DNA of 64,000 bases, taken from NCBI GenBank assembly GCA_002633005.1, contig NMRA01000402.1, positions 87,663 through 151,662 on the forward strand, written 5' to 3'. Below, piece by piece: positions 27,101-36,100 of the stretch. Each line of letters begins with the position of its first letter. The stretch's first letter is position 1. The notes under the pieces are model-generated. The model ran no database searches and had not been told where the DNA came from. It saw nothing but the letters and a program-made list of their open reading frames with translations. The translations under genes were made by a program, and so were the position numbers. The stretch is from Phoronis australis (Eukaryota > Animalia > Phoronida).

Positions 27101-30100
27101 ATTTATATGATGTTGACAAAAAACAACGATGACTTTCGGATGGATCTGACATTTGGTGTGCCCCTGGTGGCAATTATAGATTTTACATTACCAAGTGTGT
27201 ACCTTCAAGTGTCCTCAATGGATTTTCATAAAATTTTATATACAGGCATCCGTTGGTGAGATTACGCTATCCTCCCGTTTTTTGGATGGAATCGAGGTAT
27301 TTTGAACCACCTAGTGGTCACTTTTTGCTGTTTTCGAGTCTGTTTTTTGGCATCCACCCCTCTATAAAGCATATCATTCTACGGATGGTTTTGAAAATTG
27401 GCGTTTATGTTCTCTGTGTGAAGAGGATGGTTGCCGATGATGACTAACTACTGTGGCATCTCCAATGGTAGTTTTATTTTGTTTTGCGCCCATAGCTGTA
27501 TCTCCTAAACCCACTGCTGGATCTTTATTAAATTTAGTGAGTGTATTTATATTAAGCTAACTACAGACAATGACGACTTTCAGGCGGATCCAAATTGAAT
27601 GAACACTGTTCTCCCTAGTGGCAGTTTTCATTTTATTCTGTTTTCCTTTGTTTCTCTGAAGTTCCGTGACAGCTATGAAATTTGGTGAATAGCTATGTAT
27701 TAAGGAAGCTATGACATGTTCCCATTTTCTGATGGATTTTATGTTTTAATGCCATCTAGTGGCCAATTTCATGACACATTAATAAACAACCCTAAAAGCA
27801 CACCGTTTGCGATGCATTCGTGGGCGCATTCCAACGCTCCGCATTGCTCTTGTTTAGTAACTTAAAAATACTTACCAATTAGCCTCTCTCAATATAGCCT
27901 ACAGTAATAAATTTTGGGCAGCATTTAGTGTTTTATTGAATACATTTTAAAGCCATTATGGACCGTGTTCAGGATATGTTAATTATAAATTTAAGCAATC
28001 GATTTTCTTGACTGTCTGTTTAAAGGAGGTGGAAGGACTGTTCTTCCTTTTGTCTGCTGTGTCAGAAAACGTCAACCTGGACGAACAGCTCTACTTGCCG
28101 GCCATGTTTCAGGCTCTTCCCAGAATTCAGTTCACCAACACCACAATGATATCGACTGCGCTGTTCTTAATCGGTAAACATTTTGTTTTGTCACATGAAC
28201 AGAAGATGTCCTGAGATACTTATTTGCAGTGACTTACGAATTTTATCTCAGTCTTCAATTGCTTTACTGCTAGATTACTGTGACGGGTAATTGTCTGAAA
28301 TCTACTGAAGAGTGGTGTCTCGTATTTGGGTGCAAAGAGCCGGCATTTTCTGTTAAAATGCTAACAGTTGCAAGAGTACAGTTGGAAGTGTACTTTGCTC
28401 ACTAAGTATACTTTATACAGACAAAGTGTCGACATGTTCTTTTTAAACCACGCTCAACTGCGTTTTCATCGATGCTTTACCAAGTTTGGTACTACATACT
28501 GTGGGTATGTGGAAGGACAAGCTGTGGTAACACTCGGAATTCGTATCGTGCTTTTGCTATGATGGCAAACAAGATATTAAACCTATCAGTTATAAGTACG
28601 CACTGTGCTATTGACTATCATTTGTGTTTTGATAGCATTCATGACTTCGCACTGGACTCCGTTTCATGAAATTGTTCTGTCTTAACTTGGACTGAAATAG
28701 GTTTAACTTGAAATTAAAATGTCTTATCCCTGTTTCATGAAATTCCTTGTGACTAAAATTTAGACCGAAATTGGTCTAAGCTAATACCGAAAGTTAGCCT
28801 GCTACAGAGTTGGCTTAAGATTAGAGATTTGGTCTGGGTGACCAACAACTGTCGAGGAACAAATTTGGTTGGTATTTTTCTCAGTGTAGTGCCACTAAAT
28901 AATTAATGTCAAACGGAAGATTGTCTGCTGTTGATTAGAGAGCCAGCAAAACACGATAGATACAATGTAGTGAGACCTAGATGAACAATGGGGAATGATA
29001 ACTTCCAGTTATTCCGGGTCATCTCACATAAACAAGATCTGAACTGTATCCAAAGTGTTGCAAATAAATGATCCTCATTTATAGTTTCAAGACTTTGTGT
29101 TCATGAAAGGGTATTTTCTGAAATTTCTTTTACAGTCTCATGTTCGTTTTAGCCCAATTTTTAGTCTTAAGTTTTGAGTCACTTTTCATGAAATGATCCC
29201 CTGATGTTTTACAGTGAGGGAATATTACTTAGCATGCTTCTTTGCTCTCTAGACTTGTGTGTACTTTTGCTTCCTTAGGTGCCTATGCGGAATGGATTCA
29301 GTATCACCCAGAGGTGTTGGGCTCGCTCGTGCCCCTCCTCCTTCAGGGCATAGCCAATAAGGAAGTGGCAATGGCCGCCAGTATGGCACTAAAAGATATC
29401 ACGAGGGAAAATCAAGAGCACTTGAAGCCCTATGTGTCACAAATTGTTGACACCATACAGGTAAGAGGTAGAAACAGACAGGGTGGCCTTAACTGATTGC
29501 AAAACACCTGGCGTGCGTACAGTAGACGCTAGGACCTACGCTAGCACCTAGCCAAAAGCTAGTCAAAGTCACGTGCTCTTATTTAAAATACACGGCAATA
29601 TCTCGCGTAATCTCTCAAAGTCTTGCTTTTAAGCTGGGTCCTAGCGTTACTGAATGGGAGGCTGGGCCTCTCTGAACACGAGCTTGGGCTCAAGATTTGA
29701 CTACTCTTTAATGGTTTTGAATGGAGTAAGGTAGAATAATTTAAGCCAAAAATATGTAAATGCAGCAGCATTAGATGCACTTGAACAGTTATGCAGCCAT
29801 TTGATGTTGCATTAAATTTTACAAAGTGTTTCGTAAACATGGACAGGTGTTCTGAGGATTCCATGGCCTTTAGCAACTGTGCAATCATATAATTGTTGAA
29901 GTGGCATAATTTGTACAGTGTCAGGATCTCTTGTGTGCTTTCGCAATTCTATTGAGCAAACGCAATGACCGAGTAGCTTTTCAACACGGTCTGCATCCGT
30001 CTTTATGTTTGAATGTAGACAGAAGATGCTGATCCTTTGCTTTATCATTTATGGCACCTTCTTCAGTTGCATAGTTATGCAGTAATTGCTGAGGGAGTGT

Positions 30101-33100
30101 GAAACAGTTTGTTTAAGTGGTTAAGAATATCTCTCCAAATAAAACTAGGTAACATGATCTGAAACCTACGATGATTTTGCTTTCTCCTTTAACTCAACCC
30201 TGAGTGATCAGAAAATGTAGTTTGAGTGCGACTTCTGGGATTGTATTTCTAGCCCTGGTCTTTGTCTACTAAAAGTATCGCTGGTGGTTTGATTTCCTTT
30301 TTCATGTACTATGTATAACACAGAATTAAACTTAAATTTTCCCCATTTTTGTGACTCCAATCCTCCAGTACAAAAGTCATGTGTTTGACTGTTCCAGACT
30401 GTCATAGAAAGTGGCAAGCTCAAGAGCCAGGAGTCCATCCGCCTTATGTGTTGTGTGGGCTATGCCTTGTCTGTGTTGCCCCTACAGACAATACTAGAAA
30501 GATTGAGCCGTCTTCTGGCGCCATCTATTGATCAGTTGAGACAACTTGCACAGCAAGATGTAAGTCACTTTCTCCATAATACCATGGTCAAGATGAATTT
30601 TGTTTTGTCTAATTTTTATTGAACATTGTGTTTTTTTTTGCTGAACATGTAGTATTTAGTAAAATTTTGAACATTTCAATTAACATTTATACTTTCATCA
30701 GCCAGTAATCACAATTTTGGCTTTTTGTGCGAGAGATTTTTTTAACATCAATGATGCATTACAACATGTCATGTGTCATGTTTCTTATCTGCAGTCGTGG
30801 TTTATGACCAAAGTGTACTTGGTTTGTGGTTAATCTCTAGTTGCAGTATTTCTTCATTTTCTGGAATGGATAATGGTGAAACTTATTATTTGATCCTTTG
30901 TAATAATAGCTAAAGTTTATCAAAGGATGATAAATAAATGTTACTTGTTGAATGTTTTGTTCATTTGCAGCACACTGTAGCCGCCAAATCGGCCATCTTG
31001 GTACGCATCAGCATGTTCACGTGGCTGTTTGCCTCACTGGACACCAAACGAACTGATGAAAATGGCCAACAGGTGGCATCAGCTTCCACAGACCATCAGC
31101 CAGTAAGAATTAAATGCAACATTGATGCATACCATATTCGGATTTTAGTGTCTGCTTTGTGTATTAAGAGTGATCATGCTTATTCATAAGCTGAATAGAC
31201 GTTATTATTATAAGTTATCGTTTGCAAGTCACAGGCATCACAAATATGACATTGTTCATTTTATTGGCATATTTGTTTAGAAGCATTCAATTGGTTTCTA
31301 AGAAACTTGACTTTATCATTTTCTCCCGTAAAACAACACTCTACGTAATTGTTCAACTGTTCAATGACTGCAATATATTTTGAAAAAGTCATTTTGCTAA
31401 CAAATAAGTGTAATGTTGTCTGCTGATCTGTCAAACCTCTTTGGATTATTGTGCTAGCATTGAATGATCTCGGTAGTCTAAGTATTCAGGGAGTGAACAC
31501 AACATTGCACTTTGTCGACATCCAGTCACTTCTAAGTTAAACGCTATCCGCAGGTGGCTATAATCCTTCAGCAAATCACAGACGTCCTGCAGGCGATCAT
31601 CAGGGGCTGGATAACAGACAGCAGTGTGGTCGATGCCATTTGCGACCTCTACAAGAAGGCACTGAGGACACTGATGGGAGACATGTTGCCTCTTTTGAAC
31701 ATGATCTGTGATATGCTAGCCAGTATGTTCACTGCGGTACCTCATCCCTCTATATTGGATCTAGCCAGACAGGTATTATGAAAAAATGAACAAGATTTTC
31801 AACCCAAAACCTTTATGGTCACTTATTGCATTTATTTATTGTTTACTTGTCAAAGACACGGTGGTCTTGACTTACTTACTACCTGGCTGGGGATCACTCT
31901 GGCGCAGGCTATACTTCACTATGTGTTCACGTATATACTATTTAGATCCATGTGCGTTCACATGTCTTTGATTATTTTTTTCTGTAAAATGAAAGCTCAG
32001 TGCCAATGAAAGGTCACATGTGGTGGGGTCAATCTGTATCGTCAATCCATAACATCACACCGCTAACGTAAATTAAGTTGAGAATTACCATGATACAATT
32101 ACGGGCTTAGTATGAGCTGCCTTGTTATGTCATTTATGCTGTTACAGGCCTCGTCATGAACATACGGTTGGCACAGTACGAGCTGTCTCATTATGAATAA
32201 CTGATACAGGCTCAGTCCGAGCTGCTTCGTCATGAATATAGTGTACAGGCTCAGTATGAGCTGTCTCGCTATGATCAATTTACTGTGACAGACTCAGTAC
32301 GAGCTGCCTCGTTATAAATATACTGATACAGGCTCAGTATGAGCTGCCTTGTCATAAATATACATAAATACAGGCTCGGTATGAGCTGCCTCGTTATAAA
32401 TATACTGATACAGGCTCAGTATGAGTTGCCTTGTCATAAATATACTTAAATACAGGCTCAGTATGAGCTGCCTCTTTATGAATATACTCAGTCTGTTAAA
32501 CGCTTACTACGAGCTGTTTCGTTATGAATATACTATTACTAAACTGTACAATAATTTCCAGTTCACAAAGCGGTATTCCTGTCTGAGGGGTCAGTGTTAT
32601 CTACCGACCGATATCCCACTGGAACCCTTTGTGTCTCAACATTAGCGGTTTTGTGGGACATAAATATTTTCATTGGGAATTTATTGCAGTTGATCATCAT
32701 GTTTGATGAAGAAAGAAGTCAAGCGACCACGCAGAAGCTGTTCATTAGTTTGTCCAACAAGTGTATAGAGTGCTGTAGAACAGGTACAGTGTACACCTAG
32801 TCATGCCTTCATGGTGTATAGAGTGCTGTAGAACAGGTACAGTGTACACCTAGTCATGCCTTCATGGTGTATAGAGTGTTGTAGAACAGGTACAGTGTAC
32901 ACCTAGTCATGCCTTCATGGTGTATAGAGTGCTGTAGAACAGGTACAGTGTACACCTAGTCATGCCTTCATGGTGTATAGAGTGCTGTAGAACAGGTACA
33001 GTGTACACCTAGTCATGCCTTCATAGTGTATAGAGTGCTGTAGAACAGGTACAGTGTACACCTAGTCATGCCTTCATGGTGTATAGAGTGCTGTAGAACA

Positions 33101-36100
33101 GGTACAGTGTACACCTAGTCATGCCTTCATGGTGTATAGAGTGCTGTAGAACAGGTACAGTGTACACCTAGTCATGCCTTCATAGTGTATAGAGTGTTGT
33201 AGAACAGGTACAGTGTACACCTAGTCATGCCTTCATGGTGTATAGAGTGTTGTAGAACAGGTACAGTGTACACCTAGTCATGCCTTCATGGTGTATAGAG
33301 TGCTGTAGAACAGGTACAGTGTACACCTAGTCATGCCTTCATGGTGTATAGAGTGCTGTAGAACAGGTACAGTGTACACCTAGTCATGCCTTCATAGTGT
33401 ATAGAGTGTTGTAGAACAGGTACAGTGTACACCTAGTCATGCCTTCATGGTGTATAGAGTGTTGTAGAACAGGTACAGTGTACACCTAGTCATGCCTTCA
33501 TGGTGTATAGAGTGCTGTAGAACAGGTACAGTGTACACCTAGTCATGCCTTCATAGTGTATAGAGTGTTGTAGAACAGGTACAGTGTACACCTAGTCATG
33601 CCTTCATGGTGTATAGAGTGCTGTAGAACAGGTACAGTGTACACCTAGTCATGCCTTCATGGTGTATAGAGTGCTGTAGAACAGGTACAGTGTACACCTA
33701 GTCATGCCTTCATAGTGTATAGAGTGCTGTAGAACAGGTACAGTGTACACCTAGTCATGCCTTCATGGTGTATAGAGTGCTGTAGAACAGGTACAGTGTA
33801 CACCTAGTCATGCCTTCATAGTGTATAGAGTGCTGTAGAACAGGTACAGTGTACACCTAGTCATGCCTTCATGGTGTATAGAGTGCTGTAGAACAGGTAC
33901 AGTGTACACCTAGTCATGCCTTCATGGTGTATAGAGTGCTGTAGAACAGGTACAGTGTACACCTAGTCATGCCTTCATAGTGTATAGAGTGCTGTAGAAC
34001 AGGTACAGTGTACACCTAGTCATGCCTTCATGGTGTATAGAGTGCTGTAGAACAGGTACAGTGTACACCTAGTCATGCCTTCATGGTGTATAGAGTGCTG
34101 TAGAACAGGTACAGTGTACACCTAGTCATGCCTTCATAGTGTATAGAGTGTTGTAGAACAGGTACAGTGTACACTTAGTCATGCCTTCATAGTGTATGAA
34201 CATCCTGTGTGATTTGAGCCAAAAATTGGAATTTAAGATAACCTTCCTCTTGAGTAACCTTATCAACAACTCTTCACATTCGTTTAGACAAAATTATATA
34301 TAAATATTAACTTTAGTTAGTCTTTATTGTCTCACCCAACTTGCAGAATTAGGGTTTGATGTTAACCCATTATTCCTTTGGTCACTTGACCATGTCTTTT
34401 TAGTAAGTTGAGCAAAAACAAACTAAAGGTCTTTTCATAGCAAAACAATGGTTTAAACACAGTTTAAATTTTCGAGGTGGATTTTTGAAAAATGCTATCT
34501 CTGCTTTGATCTTGTTGTGTGCAATGTTTGTCTTGATCTTCACATGAATATTCCAAAAGAAACTTTTATAACTTATCCTGAAATTGTTTTGTTAATTAAT
34601 TTAACAGTTTCATTTGAATCTGGTCAGCCATTTGGGAGATATGGGGTTTCATGTTTTGTCAGCTCTTCAGGCGGTTGTCAACTTCGAAACTTAAAGATAC
34701 TTAACTATAAATCACCGTTTCTGTTTCATTGTAATCATAGCTCTTTGTTTAATTTAATTTTATTTGATGATTTCACTACAAACATTCTTCAATGAAGACT
34801 ATTAGTTAACTATTCTGTGTTCTGCAGGTGATCAAGAAAACACCGACTTAGTTGAGAAATACATGGCTGTTGTTAGTCAGGTAATTTATGCTGTTTACTG
34901 AGTGTAGTAACTGGGCTGGCATTTTATTGCTTAGTGATGGTTCAGTGACATTAAGTGACATTTTAGCAAAAACAGGTTTGCAACCACTTTGATTGGGAAA
35001 TACATGACAGTCATTGTGCTGTTGATCAACACTTTATGTGAATACATGGGACTTACTAGAAATGTTTAAGTTGCTAATGGTTCAATTCATTGAATGTTGA
35101 CATTGATTAGTTGCGAATTTTCAAAAGCAGTCATCTAAAATAGGGGGAGGTCATTTCTGGATGGTACATGTATCTAAAGAATCGATAAAAAGATTTCAGT
35201 GAAACTTGACACAAATATACCGCAATATGCCAGTACCAGTCGATACAGGGTGCATTTGACAACTGCAGGATCTCTTTGTGGCCATTCCATTTTCAAGATA
35301 ATAGCATCTACTAAGTTTTGAATTATATCATTTTATGTCTGCCAAATCTAGTGATTGTTTTTTAAGAAAAGAATTAGACTGCACCTGCTGTTTGTTGGAT
35401 TACTAATGCTGTATGCATTTGTGACATGTTTTATTTCATTGTTCCAAAATATAATGTTGAAAATTGCTGCATTTTTTTGGTTTTGATTCATGGTAGTTTT
35501 AAGAGGTGAAGCAATAACACTTCTGCCATTTCTGACTTTTGCTGCTGCCCCCTTGCTGTACTGCCTTGTACCTTACATGAAACTGATCAGCACACCTTGA
35601 AACGTATCGCTTGCAGTGCACTGAGGGCAGGCATCAGCTCTTCATGTTACTCCTAATAGAATGTTTATTCAATCCTTTTTGACAATTTCAGCTTTTAAAA
35701 AAAAGAAGTCACGTGTTCACCAGCTATGAATTGGACTTTGATGGCATGTTCTCAATTGCTCTATTGGGTCTGTCCTTGCCGGAGGTTCCTACTATAAAGG
35801 CATCATGCTCTTTCATGGTATGTAACTGGTCCACGTGCTTCCTCATCAGATGATGTCTGTTTGTCATTTCTGGTTGCAAGTCAAGGCTGCAAGCTCCCTC
35901 TGTGGGACATCATGCTCGTGTCTTCCTGGCTTTCGATCTGATCATGAATATTTTGCCGTAAACACCATTGTAGTAACACAATTCATGGCATTTCTGCGAG
36001 GCCGTTATGCAATATCACCGTGGTTTCCACTGGTTTTAAAAAACTTGAAAAAATTAAAATAACTGGCCTGATGGATGAAAAAACTGTGGGAAATAAAAAG

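Noticed and set aside
32761-34197. CRISPR-like regular array
   Set aside because: The units are contiguous and near-identical with no unique spacers, there are no cas genes, and the context is a eukaryotic intron. It is a minisatellite.
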